DNA of 64,000 bases, taken from contig NC_081334.1 in NCBI RefSeq assembly GCF_022539665.2, positions 682,001-746,000 on the forward strand. Direction: 5' to 3'. The notes beneath the pieces are model-generated. The model was not told the origin of the DNA, searched no databases, and saw only the letters and a list, made by a program, of their open reading frames with translations. The translations under genes were made by a program, and so were the position numbers. How positions within the stretch are numbered: the first letter of the stretch is position 1; each line of letters opens with the position of its first letter. This document shows, in pieces, positions 50,697 through 64,000 of this stretch. This DNA comes from Daphnia carinata (lineage: Eukaryota).

Positions 50697-53600
50697 ATGG
50701 GTATTGGCATATTTGGAAATAATTCAACGCGATACGTTATTCTTTTAAAAACCAAACAGCTGCCTCGTATGTTTTGCTCCGTTACTGACGCGTTCGTATA
50801 CCTATCTTAATTTTCAGAAGTCCTTGTTCTTTTTAATTACGACGGCCAAGCAGATGATGAACTCACAATAAGGAAAGGAGATGTTATACTGGACGTAAAG
50901 AAGCTTGAAGGAGGCTGGTGGGAAGGATTACTTGGTTCCAAACGAGGGCTTTTCCCCGATAACTTTGTTATGGTATGTATCTTCCTAAAATTGTTAAAAC
51001 AATTATGTTTGCATTCTGAATTACATGTTCAGAAGGTAACAAAGGAAACTTCTCTTTGAAGTATCTTTTTTTATTTTATTTATTTCCCGTCAGCACAGCA
51101 TATTTCATACCTGTGTTAACATTTTGAATTCTTGTTTTTTTAAAGTGCTCTTCTTCATGTCCAGGACACAGATATGATCGCTTACAAAAGCTAAAGCTAA
51201 GCTTTGTCATGGTGTCATAATGTAACAAACAATCTTACCTCTTAGGATAAGTTGTTTATTACATCAAGTATTTAAATGTGTTTCATGCCATATATTTATC
51301 CTTATGTACTTCAATATTTCCCATATTGAAGTTAAAAATCTATTAAAATTGTTAATTCAAATAATATGGACATAAATGTGTGTTCATCCATTGCCCCACT
51401 ACTTTAGGCATGCAGACAGCCAAATTGTGTAACTATTAGTTTAGCAGTGTTGATAAGGAAAGGAATGACATTAGTGATAAGAATTGATTTAAGATAGAGG
51501 TCCTCTTTGTGTCTGTGGGTAATTTTGTTGTTGTTGAACCAGGTAGTTGCTGAGGCTGACATGAATCAAGCTTATTCTTCTGCAGCAGTTCGATCAGGTA
51601 AAATAAATCTGATTCTATTTATATATTCTTATCAATTTGGCTAACTTACCTCTCCTTTTACTGGGTTATAATAGTCCTTTAAAATGATTCTATTCCTTAG
51701 TTTCAAGCTGCTTTAGTTATTTTAATTTTTCATGTTCATAGTATCATTTTGGCAGTAACAATTTGGTATTAATGATTAATTAATTAATGTGAGTATGTTT
51801 CAATAGAGAAAGGAAGAAGGTGTCGAGCATTGTTTAGTTATGCTCCATCACATGAAGATGAATTGGAACTTCTGGTTGGGGATGAGATTCATTTTCTTGG
51901 AGAGGTTGAAGAAGGTTGGTGGAGAGGAAAGCTAAATGGAAAGGTAAAAGCAATTGTTGAAGGTGACATTTTTGTTTTGTAAACATGCATTAACTTGCCA
52001 GTTTTCCTTGTTATTAAGTCTATGCTTTGTTGTTTTTTTTTCGTATTGGAAAGATCGGGGTTTTCCCATCCAATTTTGTTGTCATAGAAGATCCGCCAAC
52101 CAGCACAACTATCCATGCTCCAAAGGGACCGACCACCAATCCCTTGACTATTTCGTCGGATATTGCTCCTGAACTACCTCCCAAGCCCCTCAGAGAAATT
52201 GCAAGAGTTTTGTTTCCATATTCCTCCATGCAGCCTGATGAACTGGAGCTTCGAGAAGGAGACTTGGTGATTATACATAGCAAAGACTGTGAAGATAAAG
52301 GGTGGTGGAAGGGAGAGGTCAACAATAAAGTAAAAACCATTATTATGTTGCGCATTAGTTTTAAAAAATTTAGTAATATATATCTTTTTGTAATACCTTT
52401 TTTAATTTTATAGATTGGTGTGTTTCCTGATAACTTTGTTGAAGTGATACCTCATAATTCTAGTAGTGGTACAATGGGGAAGTCTGTGTACCCAACGCTC
52501 AACGTTTTACCTTCAACTGGAACAGCCAAGACGCCACAAATTCGCGGGGTTCCGAAGGATGAAAGTACAGTCCCACCTCCATCCACTAATATTGATTCAG
52601 TCCCGCTTAATATATCTTCGAGTTTATCAGGAAACACTGTGGAGAATCCAAATTCTCTGAGTGATGAACAGAAATTGCAGCAAGTTGGTGAGTCTGTTAC
52701 ACCAGTTGGCTTTCTCGTTAATATAAAAGAATTTCAATTCATAATTTTCAATTCCGAGAAGCTGATATTCTAAATGCCATTACGCCAACGGAATCGCTTC
52801 CCCATATCACAGCATCCAGAGCCCGTCCAACAAAAAGTCGAAGGCCACCGTCAGCCTTATTATTTAAGGATGTTGTGAGTAAATTATATTTAATAGTTGC
52901 CAGCATAAATTTAGCTTACTTCTTCTTAAAGGAAAATGAGGATGCAAATGGAGGCCTTCCCATTCCATCAGCGATTCGTGGATTGAGTGCCCCAACAGAA
53001 GAATTGGAGCAAAGTACTCCAGGTTCACTAGTTGAGCAGCAGCAGCGCCCAATGACAAAGATGCGGAATTCGTCCATAAAACCGCCTTGGATGGAAGAGC
53101 TAAAACGAAATCAGGAAAAGAAGGAAAAAGGTTCTATTATCACCAGTACCAACAGTATTCATGAAAAACCTTCTGTTCTTCCAGTTAAACCCATAATTCC
53201 TAAATCCACCATCATTTCTACGGATGTGCCAACTAATAGTCAATCACACACGCAATCAGAAACGAATTCTGTTACGTATTCGAAAGAGCCAATCCCACAA
53301 AAAGTGGGACCGAAAAATGTTACCGCCAAATTCGAACAATTGTCTTCAGTTCCGGGGATTCCCGATGGCCCGCCTCCAAAATCGTCTGGGAATGTAACAG
53401 GGCCTGTAAATTTATCATCCTTGTTACCCGTCGAAAAAACTATTCACAAGGAACCAACTCTCCCTTCTGTGCCACCATTCCGCGAAGAAAAAAAAACTTT
53501 ACCAGAAACTGGGGCATCGGTGCTGTTTAAAGAATACCCAGAAGCCAACTCAAGTACCCTTGGAACTGGGAATGCGATGAAGCAAACTCTGCCGTCACTA

Positions 53601-53870
53601 CATCCTTCCAACGGTCCAGCAGTAAAACAACCTGTGTCTTCGCCAAACCATCATCCAGCCAACCTGAACGAAGTTGCACAGTTAAACCATTCAGATTATA
53701 TAGTTAAACAGGAGTTACACTCTCTCCTCCTTCGCGTGGCTTCCCTGGAAGCAACAGTCTTAAATCTTCAAATGGAACTTTTGCAACTAAAAAATGCACC
53801 TGTCAAAGAACATAAGTGTCGGTGCATGCAAGAAGTTACCAGCACTGAAACGTCTATGGTCCATATTTAA
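50697..53870 (+). CDS. cindr: CIN85/CD2AP-family adaptor (three SH3 domains, Pro-rich region, CPI motif, C-terminal coiled coil)
   Basis: ATGG|AAGTC… gives [23 protein letters not shown]…[10 protein letters not shown]3[20 protein letters not shown]3[18 protein letters not shown]…KGWWKGE; PELPPKP; capping-protein motif [19 protein letters not shown] (from 52797); coiled coil [25 protein letters not shown]. Confidence 0.92.
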
Positions 53871-54836
53871 AACTAAATGGCAAGTCCTATTTTAAACCTT
53901 TTACCCTTTTACTTAAAAATACGAAATGTGTATCGTAATGTAGTACTGTAAAAATTGATTGCTTGAATTCAATCATTATCTATTTTTAAGTAGACATTCC
54001 AATCTCTCAGTCAAAGTTAGTCACGTGACATTATTCAACACATTCGTACTTCTCGAGTTGACGCAAGCATATAGACTTGCCATATCCGTTTTTTTTTAAT
54101 GGCTACGTATTGGTCCACAGTCAGGGACTGTGTTACTTGTCTGCAAGTAATGGAGGCTTATTCATTTTACCTGGGGAAACAGGACCAGCCAATAGATCTC
54201 CATTCTTCCAAAAACGAAAGTAGTGACAACCTTGCTTGTATCCACAAAATTTCCGGTGCTGAAATTTAATTCTGAACAATTAAAAAAGTTGTGTATCGCG
54301 TTACATCGAATTTTTATGTTGTACCTTTTTCGTAACAGTTACATAACGCCACCGCAGTGATCACGTCGATGGGTCTTTGCGGAAATGCGTTAAGTATCTG
54401 TGCTATTATACGAACCTTATGCATACGAACCTGTTCAGTCTTGACATATTCCTCCTGAACAAACAGTTGAGTAGCGTACTTGCGTGCCTTCGAAATTTCT
54501 GTAGCTTGTTGTAAATATGTTGCCTCAAAATTTAAATTTCAGTAGGTTAATTCGAATAGTTAAGATTACAACAATCATTCTGTATTTAATTATAAGTAGT
54601 GCCAACAATATAAAGCCGAAATTTTTTTGTTGTGGTTTTACTCCAACACCGTATCTATAAACTATAGAAAAACTAACTTTGGTCCCGACGTACATACCGT
54701 ATAGCCTGGGTCTTTAAGCATGGAAGGTAATTCAATTGTCTCAAAAATTCCATCTTGACATTTCGTCAAATGAAGGTAAAAGAAATGCATCTATTGTCTA
54801 TCAGCCATGAAGGGGCATCGCTCTTTCCTTTTTTAG

Positions 54837-57800
54837 CTATGTCGCCAAATATTTTTCAAGAACTTCCGCTGCATCTGTGAATTTCAGAAATTGCAGTTTC
54901 TCCAAAATAACTTGAGTTGATACTTCCCAAAGCTGAAATAACGAAATAAAAAGTAACAATACCTTTTACGTATTTGGCCATACGCACCAACAAGATAAAT
55001 CAAAAATAATATGGGGCAAAATCGCTTACGTCCATATTTGAAAGAAGATAAGTTGTCGGGCTAGGTTGTTTGTCCAAAACGGTCTGCATGCTTAATAAGA
55101 GATCCAGACTGTCGGCCAATTTTTCCCATTCTTTATTGGGTGAATCTAAGATGCCAGCCAGCTCGCTTATAACACGTTTGTCCAGTTCTAAACAACGAGT
55201 ACTTGATGTACGACAGGAGGCAAAAATAAAACTTCAATAATTGCAAATTAATTCCACATACCTTTCGGCAATTCTTTACTAGCCATCAAATCAATCCCTG
55301 AATCCAGTATCACGCAGTTTGCATTCCCATCTTCTGCAACTGGTTTTTCTCCTTCGCCTACAGTTTCACCTAGAGTCCCGGTAGTTAACAGTTGTTTGGA
55401 ACCTTCACGTAAAACTTTTGTTATCTAAAAAATTACGATGTGCATTAGTTTAGCAAGTTAATTTATTTGTAATGGAATTTTACCGTCAAATTGCACTGCG
55501 CCAAATCTAATGGACTTTGGCCTGTTTCGCTGCCGTCTTCCGTCACATTTTCATATTCACTTTCATCATTTTCTTCATTTTCTGATGATGTGGAAGAAGT
55601 CACGTAGTTTAAGATTGTAGGATCCGCACCTGAGTTTACCAATAACGCACAAATGTTATCAAGTTCGTCAATTACGGCCAGATGTAGAGCCGTCATTCCA
55701 TCATAGCTTTGCATATTCACGTTCACCGATGCCTGAAACAATAATACAAATTTAATATCCCGTGAAAATTTAATGACTAAACATAATTTGTCGCGAACTG
55801 CGTACATAGCTAAGCAATAAGGCCACCATCTCTTCAGACCGTTTCTTAACGGCTAAGTGTAAGGCTGATCTGCCACGCTTAGTTTCATGGCAGTTGACAT
55901 CTGCTCCTTTGGAAAGCAGTAATTCCACACCTTTAATGTTCAGTGCGTTGATTGCAATGTGTAGTGGGGTAAGACCTATTGCGGAATCGGAAACAATAAC
56001 ATTTTTAAACCGACGTCGTTTCACATATCGATTAACACTTAGTTTCGATTACCTGCGTAATTCCTCGTATTCAATTTTGACACATAAGCTAGCTTCCAGA
56101 TGGAGGTATTAAGAAGTAGTTTAAGGCAATCAAACAGGTTTTTGTCCATCGCAGCGAGATGGACGGGAGTATTTCCATTTGCATCTGCCAAACCAGGATT
56201 TGCACCACTTTGTAATAGCAAGGCCGTTGCTTCGGTTTGGTTTTTAAGAACGGCAATGTGTAAAGGCGCAAGATTCGCATTGTTTTGGGCGTTGACGAAT
56301 TCCATCTCCGTGTTATGGTAAGAGGCCGCGTGAAGTATAGTGCGTACGGCGTCAGTTTGATTATGAATAAGAGCATCATGAAGTGCGCTAAAACAATTGT
56401 TCAATTAGGCCAATAAGCTAGAAAACCTACTATTTAAATGTATTACTTATCCCCATCATCAGTCTGCATCGCCTGATTGATGGAAAACGAAAAAAAAAAA
56501 AATTTTACTTTCGTTACAGAACGTTTTCTGGAAAACTACTTACCATAAGATGTCGCATACGTGTTAGAATGTGACCCAAATCGCCCGTCATCGCGTACCA
56601 ACGTACGGCGCGAGCCATATTTATCGAATATGCAGACATTAGGTTGGATGTTGTAATTGTGGATGGGACCTGTAATAGCAAAAAAAAAAAAATTATCACC
56701 TATCGGACGTATATGCAAGATGGCAATCATGGATGTACGCTGGCATGTGCCGAATGGTTACCTTTACTGTAGGCTTTAAAGCTTCGAGGGAAGGAGACTT
56801 TCTTGCCGATATTGTCATGCGTTTCAAATGAGGGGTTAGAGTATCACTTCTTGATCCGCACGCATCCGATCCATAGTCGTCCAACTTCAGAAGTTCTGCG
56901 AGAAGGAAGTCATCAACGTGCTCAAGATTGATTTCTGGCCAGGGATAATTTTCATTTTCAAGTGGTGTCATCCCCGAATCAATCGGTATTCTTAGCAAGT
57001 CGTCATTGGTAATTCTCTGGGGCACCTGAGGTCGCCATTGTTGAGGATTTGCATGAGAATAAGGCATTGGCGCTGTTTGCATCATTGGCCATGGTTGTTC
57101 GGGTAGGGCTGTATGTAGGTGCATAGGATTATATGGCTCCGTCAGTGGCGCATTTTCGATCATGGTTGAAGAATTCCCCGTCTTTAATTAATAAGAAAAT
57201 TAGTTGTCTAGTAAACTTGATGGCAATCAAACGGGCTGTGCTTATTAAGAGCTTACCAAGTTCTGAAAGCTTTTACTTTCTTGGCCTCTGAACGTAGCCG
57301 TCAACTCTTGATTGCTGCTTTTATCCCCAGAAAGTCCTAGAAAACGAAACGGACACATCGTTAGCGTTTTCAATGAAACGGCGTTCAACTTGGTAACGTA
57401 CCATTGTTACGAAATGCGCTAGAAGTCATCGGGTTTGACAAGTCATCCTGTGGCAGTGTACGCGTTGGATTGTACTCTCTTCTGTTAGTATGGCAATCAG
57501 AGTTCACGGAAATGTCCCGACGTGGTCGCTTCATGCCTACAAAAATGAGAAGGTAAGGCGATAATTTTGTTATTTTGCTTAACATAACTGACAACGTATT
57601 AAATGCATTAAAAAAGTTTGGTAGCCTCAACGATTTCGAAAGGAAACCGATGGCTTTTTAGGTATTAGCAAAGAAGACGGACACATTTTGATGACGTATG
57701 AATTATAGGGTCTTGACTCAACAAATAGATCCCGCTTTACCATCGGTGGGATTCTCTGGGCAGTGACGGTCGAAAATTTAAAGACCTTTCGGAATAAAAT

Positions 57801-60393
57801 ACCAGAATGGCTGGCGACGGACCATTTTTATCGTTGGCATTTGGTACACACTTGGCATCACTCTCTGATAATACGTGTGAAAGGCATAACAAACGAGAAA
57901 CGAGTCAAAACAACTTTCAAGCATGATTGTAGAATCCAGGCCATAAACTCGCCAAGGGGGCTCTCACTGTTTGCATGCAGGAAAGCTTTTGTCTGCAGAG
58001 TATGCAACGCGCGACCTTCTCAAACTGTTTCGATTTCGTATCTGTCGCTGACTATGCAAAGGGCAAACCATACTTTTCCGCGCATCTAAAGTGACATCGA
58101 CTATTTCGTTTCGAATTCGCCTATACATAAATTTTGTCACGTACAAACAAAGCACTGCGGGTAACTATAGTGAAAGTCGGAAATTTGGCAGCTTTTGGAA
58201 GGAAAAGCAACCCAAAATTCATTCCCATGGAAATTTGCGCGCAAATGAGAGCGTTACCGAATGGCCTGTAGGACTGTGGCCAGGATAACGAACAACACAA
58301 GCATAAAGCATATTACTCCCAAACGGCCAAAACAAAAATAGACTATCATTAGTGGCGAATATCAAGGGTCCACTTACCAACTCTTTCGCGCGGTGTATAA
58401 GTAAACGATTTCGCTTCACTCGTAGATTGATTGCTGGGACGAAACAACTGGAACTGCACTGTTACGTCGGATTGAATATTAGGATCTTGATACGGAGGAG
58501 TCCTAAGAACAGAGAACTTACAATTAATGGGGGAATCTTCATTCATGTCAGTACGAAACATGAACTGAAATTCGCAAATACTTGCGCTGTTATCTTCTGA
58601 GTGGTTTCAAGAGGCAAACACTCTTACGAAAACGAGAAGAAACACGTTAGATGTTACATCAATAACCAAAGACAAATCACCAAGGACTTGAAAGACCAAC
58701 ACTATTCAGCGGATTTAGGCAACGAAAACTATAGCTTTTCCAACTGCGGCTTTTTATGACCAATCTCAAGACAAAGAATAGTTGCACAACATCAGCTTAT
58801 TCAACAACGTGAGCTGTCAAGGCCACAATATCACATGTGACAATTTGAACGAATTCACGTAATGGTCGATAGAATTTGCTGACATACTTGAAAGCAATCG
58901 CATATTGATGGTGAACATCTAATTCAGAAAAGTCGGCAAAAGCGCTCCAAATTTCCTGTTCGTTTTCGTCTGTTTCAAAGAAACGAATCTTGATATCCTC
59001 TACAATTAAAGAGAGGAAGATTTCTCAGCTTAAGATTTTCAATTGTCAGTTTGAATTTGTATTTACTTTTATTGACTTTCTCCACAAAGATGAATATCTC
59101 TTCTTGTCCTGTACAGCAGCTGTAGACCTTATCAATTCGTACTATCCGTAGATCTCCCGCATGAGTGCTTTCTAGGTTCGTTGACAACCGCGGAGATAGA
59201 AATGATCACTACGTTCGATTTGATACTTTAAGGAACTTACTAAGGTTGTGGATGGCCTGTGAATATTCAGGTGGGCCGATTTGCTCACGGAAACCATTTC
59301 GCTCCACGAAAGCCTCAAATTTTAGTTTAACTGAGTGGAGGTCCATTGTATTGGCTATTTTGTCTGCTTCGTCTTTTAACTAGAAAGATAAAGTTCTCTT
59401 GTTTAACGGGCGCTCCTCCAAGAAATCACAATTAGTCTAATAATTATCAACACAGTACCTGTTGGCCTTGATTACGATTAATTGGTATATTTCCCATTTC
59501 AGTTATCAAGCGCCTTTCAACTACTTCACGGACTTGCTTCTTTGCTGTGTGTATAATTGTTAGGCCCGAAAATCTAAATTAGAAAAAAAAAATACATGTT
59601 ACCACAAAAACATGACCAAAATAGGAATAATTTAACAACAGCAAAATTATAAATATACGTACGTTGCAATCCAATCATTTTTGCTGGCGGAAACAACAAT
59701 TTCTTGAAATTCTCCTTCGTTACCATTGGAGTTTCCTTCTCCTCCTAGGCGATGGACGTGTGGAACAGGTTTCGGGCTGTTGGTGACCAGTGTACAGCGA
59801 ATAATGGCTTCTCTCTCTTGACAGCCTTCAAGCTTCATAACAAAAATTGATTTTAACATGCAATGTTACATTTTTAAAACTAAATGTTTGATCTAAAAGA
59901 CACATTCATTCATCTTAGTTTTTAAGTTGACAAATAGAAAGGAATATGTTGGAAACTGCAGATAAGAACTTTTCCAAACTTAGCAAATACAGGAAACAAC
60001 GACAACCAAAACTTACTTGAACTCTAATGTACTCTTTTTTGTTCCGTTCTTTGCTTTCAGCCATAAGACATCCATGGGTTCCTGTCATTTCAGATGCATA
60101 GCGGAATCTAAATTTGCTCTGTGGTTGATTAAGTATTGATAGACAAGGGGATAGTCTTGCTTGCCTGACGGCAACAGAATTTGGCAAATTCCCAGTAACT
60201 GTAATAGTTAAGTTAGAAGTAACAAATTATTGTCAATATTTTAGAAAAGAAACTTTTTACCTAGGTAAGGATTGTTTGGTGAGGCAGACATTATGGGTGA
60301 ATTTCCACTAGAGTAGCTGTGGCTTAAGGGTGAGCTTGAGGAATGTGATGATTCAGGCGAGTATGGACTGCTATTACCAGTTGGCTGTTGCAT
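54837..60393 (-). CDS. Rel: Relish / NF-kB p105-like (Ser-rich N-terminus, RHD, IPT, NLS, ankyrin repeats, death domain)
   Basis: QPQSKFRFRYASEMTGTHGCL; GDLRIVRIDK…GQEEIFIFVEKV; DVHHQYAIAFK|TPPY; NLS KRPRR; ankyrins (APLHIAV, GNTPVHLA, GLTPLHIA, GRSALHLA, GMTALHLA); terminal ELAGILDSPNKEWEKLADSLDL…DAAEVLEKYLAT*. Confidence 0.95.
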
Positions 60394-60688
60394 TCTTTAA
60401 AAGCATAAATTTCGTAATTATGGATTCTAGTAAAAGGGAAACGGTAATCGCCAAAATACACGTTTATAAACAAAGTTGAAAATGATGTATAAACTAACCT
60501 TAGGAAACATGAACGACTATTTAAACAACTATCGCAAAAAGAGAATTGAGCTTTCAGTCATTTCAATATGTGTGCTCAATTCCCTAGTTTTAAACTGGGA
60601 CCTTTTACCAAATCGTACGAATTTTAGTAACAAACCAGTTTCCAACACTGGTAGTACAATCTATATCTCTCACAATGATATGACAGAA

Positions 60689-61034
60689 GGGGAAAACCCA
60701 TTTGTACAGTAAACAGTTGGCACACAACTTGAAGGAAAGTGCGCAACAAAAAGAACCTCTGACGGCATTGTCTTGACCTACAGCTTCACGTATTCCCTGA
60801 ACCTGTGAAAACACTAAACAGGGGGGAAAAGTAATTGCCCACACTAGGGTTTATATAAAAAATAATATAACAGCCATTCAAAGTCTAAATAATTTCCCAT
60901 CTACATTGTTAGTTATATGTTGAATGATATTTTTATTGTTGAAATGTTTTCGTGAAGCTTGATTTCATTGTTCTCCGCTAGGCGATTGCTCAGATATTAT
61001 ACGATAGGTTTCCGATTCCTGGTGGGTTTTTCCC
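60689..61034. promoter_or_regulatory. kB-like sites upstream of the Relish start codon
   Basis: GGGGAAAACCC (60689-60699) and GGGTTTTTCCC (61024-61034). Confidence 0.45.
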
Positions 61035-63596
61035 TTAGGTACTGTAAAGATTTCTTCACTGTGCATTCCTAATTCCAGAAAATTTATCGGAAGATAATGG
61101 ATTTATGCTCTACGTCTCTTTGCCTTCATGCCGCTAATAGTTATAAAATAAATTCTAAACCAAAACATAATATTGCGAGCGGACATTTCTGATGCTACGC
61201 CATAATCAGGCCTAACGTTTTTTATTCCTAAGAGATTTGACACTTTGCATTTTGCATTTTTACACGTTGACCTTTTTTGGTAAGCAGGTTGATTTTATAC
61301 ACAGCAAACAAATGCTAATTTCTCGCAGTTTTGAAACGGATTGGTTTGGTTGGCCGCAATTTTTCTGGTCGCTTTTTGCTAGAGATTATTTATTAGTGAA
61401 CAAGTCTCCTTGAAAAGATTACGAAAACAGAAGCAGTACGCATCAAATGCGTTCAATTCGAGTTAGATTGTTGCTAGGCTACATTAGATGATAGCTTAGT
61501 TGGCGTGGAGTACACGTTTAGTTACTTCTTTAGGTTTCCCTATGTTATGTTACGCGTCTAAGGCGTTTCGCTCAGCCAATCTTTTAAAACTTTTGAAGGT
61601 GTAATAAGAAAATGTTGTTTTTAATCCACGCAATCCACAAATATGGTGCATTAAGTAATATAATTATGCTAGCGTGTTGCGAACGGGGCATACCCAGGGA
61701 AAACGCCAAGCAATTTATTTTGCCAATCTATTTGCAACACTATAAAAACTGTTCACCACGCCTCTGTTAGACATGAAGAGAATTTCGTTAACGTTCTCAG
61801 AATTCTAGGCAAACAACGTATAACACCACGCAATACATTTTTATCTTCATGCAAACTTTGCATACAGATTTATGTGTTTGCTTTCGGTACTGAACTTCGC
61901 TAATGAATCTGATGTCAACATTGATTCCAGGACACACGCTCGAATGCTTTATACGCGTTATAGCTAATTCATGCTTCACATGAATTCATATCTGTTTTTT
62001 TTTAGTTTTTTTTTGTATTCAGCATCAGTTTCAGTTTTTTTTTTAGAAAGACAAAGAAACGAAAAGCCCTAGGATTCTGACGAATTGTTTATCTTTAGTT
62101 GGCGTCATCGGCTAGTGCTACCTGCTGTTTGTAGAATAGTCTAGTGTAGATTGATAAGGTTAAATCAATAGATGTTTGAATTGCACAGTTATATTTGCAT
62201 AAATCTTTTTTTTTGGCTCTCTACTCTATTATGCATGTCCTTTCTAGGCTGTCTACCAACAGTTAAATGAACCAATCTGACTATTTCAATGGGCTGTCAA
62301 TGATTGGAAACTGTGCGGTCGAATTGATGGACTCGCCTGAAGTCTCTGCATTTACAAACGCCTGTCCCTTATAGATCTGCCGTTGCTGACGACGTCAAGA
62401 CTTCAAACATTTATTTTCATGTATGAATGTTCAATCAGTGGAAGCAGTAACTTGACTGAGCATCCCCTATCTTCATAGGTCTCATTCATTAGTCATCCTC
62501 TATAGGCTGGCACATCCAAAGGAGCTGTGATATTTGCGTTACGTTCATTTTTTTTTCTTCCCAGCTTCGGAGGACCCTAAAGCCTCTTATTCTCGAATCT
62601 CTAGCACGGCATCACTGGTTTCGTGCCCTTTGATGTGGCTCATTGTTCTCAAGTTGCTATATATAACGGTGCTGTACAGACGATCGATCTGGAAGGGCAG
62701 CCGAGATTATCGATCTACGGGCACAAGGAACACAAGCCTGTATGTAGACCACTTATATTCTTTTCGTTTTCGTGCCATTCATGATGTTGGAGCACGACGC
62801 TTTATTGTCCTATCGGCAAGTCATTGGCTTTCCTACTTTAGATGTATATACAGTACAGTGAATAGGAAGCGCCGTTAAAGTGGTGCTAAAGAATAGAAAG
62901 AAACCACGTTCAACCCTCTTATGGCGCAAAAGTCCAATTCACAATTTTGTGCAGCTGTTTTACACAATATGGTGCACCCATACTGTGTACTGAAACGACA
63001 ATTTAACATATAGGCATCTACATTGTTAGCAACCATGTCTCACTCGTCGTTCGTAACTTTGAAATGCTGGCTAGAAAATGAGTAGGATGAATATTGTTGA
63101 TTTTTTGAACAGATTTCGAGCTCTGCAGTGTTATCTACTATTCTTTAAACTCTCCTGTTTCCTGTTATATAATAAATGTCTTAAGTATCATTTTTTTTCT
63201 TTTTTTTTTTTGCCCGTGTTTCGCTAATCCTGTTTTCTTTCTTTTCTGTCTAACATTTTGGACGATGCGTGGGCGGAACTCGTATAGCGGCCCATGCAAC
63301 AACAACAACATATTCTAGCTTATAAATTATATACCCCAAAATACACGCAGTATATAACAAACGTGTTCAAAATACAGCAATAACAACGCCATTTTCTAGG
63401 CTTGAAATTCAAGGGCGGTTCTCGAACACCGAAAGTAATGTTCTTCTATAGGTTTTTGTAGTAGAGCGAAATGAACCGGAACCAGCCTATTGTTAGCATA
63501 ATCCCGTTTAACACCAGCGGGCGGCGAAGGATATCGATCAATGATGCGAAACAGTCTACTCGCGCTAAACAGAAAAACTTGAAGCTCATTGAGTCA

Positions 63597-63618
63597 TCTC
63601 TCTCTCTCTCTCTCTCTC
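63597..63618. repeat. (TC)n microsatellite
   Basis: Uninterrupted TC run. Confidence 0.9.
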
Positions 63619-64000
63619 CAAGTATAATCGTATAAGTACCAACGAGCTGGCCGAGCTACTGCTTGGATACGGTTTTCGTGCAGACCAATGTTGATCGAGA
63701 CGCACAGGGACGCCCACGTAACGAAATGGAGGTTTAGCGTGGGCGTGGTTCTTCGTGCGATTGCTTGCTTCTCTGCCAGAGGGTGTTGGCGAACAAAGTT
63801 GTTGAAGTGGTTGCATAGCCAAGATGAACTGCGTTGCGTGGGTGTTTGGGGATAGAAGGCGTTTTGCCTTCCCACAGTTATTACACCCTTGCACTCAATC
63901 ATTACGCCACCAGTTGAAATCCGTATCGATGTGACTGGGCCTCACGTAAAACATTATCTTGAAGGCGACAGGGTTTTCTTATGCTCTTAACATTTCACGG

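Noticed and set aside
58582..58622. Possible 41-nt stop-containing exon in a Relish IPT intron (minus strand)
   Set aside because: The acceptor is plausible but the donor (GTATTT) is weak; unsupported without RNA data.
61100..64000. Short ORFs upstream of Relish
   Set aside because: No coherent exon chain or protein similarity; treated as intergenic or regulatory.

Overview
Eukaryotic genomic DNA, gene-dense and AT-rich with many ~55-75-nt GT-AG introns. The style suggests a branchiopod crustacean such as Daphnia (inference only). Left to right: (1) the 5' part of an ER-type FKBP gene (FKBP2-like, - strand, runs off the window); (2) head-to-head with it, a complete ~25-kb ryanodine receptor gene (1539-26378, +) with two mutually exclusive exon pairs (SPRY2 and the calmodulin-binding segment), candidate microexons, a GC-AG intron, and Ala at the diamide-resistance Gly position; (3) a 2-exon, 413-aa gene with BBX-like motifs and a PLDLS motif but no HMG box; (4) an ~11-kb accessory block (about 32.0-43.0 kb) of alternating inverted copies of a ~2.2-kb arm, where each full arm holds an unknown multi-exon gene plus a GC-rich multi-hairpin segment, two mutually inverted spacers each carry three tRNA-like cores, and a hAT-type MITE has an 8-bp TSD; (5) DHX35 (-); (6) a CIN85/CD2AP (cindr) homologue (+); (7) Relish/NF-kB p105-like with a death domain (-). 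The palindromic block is the best candidate for an undescribed system. Gene identities rest on recalled motifs, not database searches, and similarity statements are by eye.
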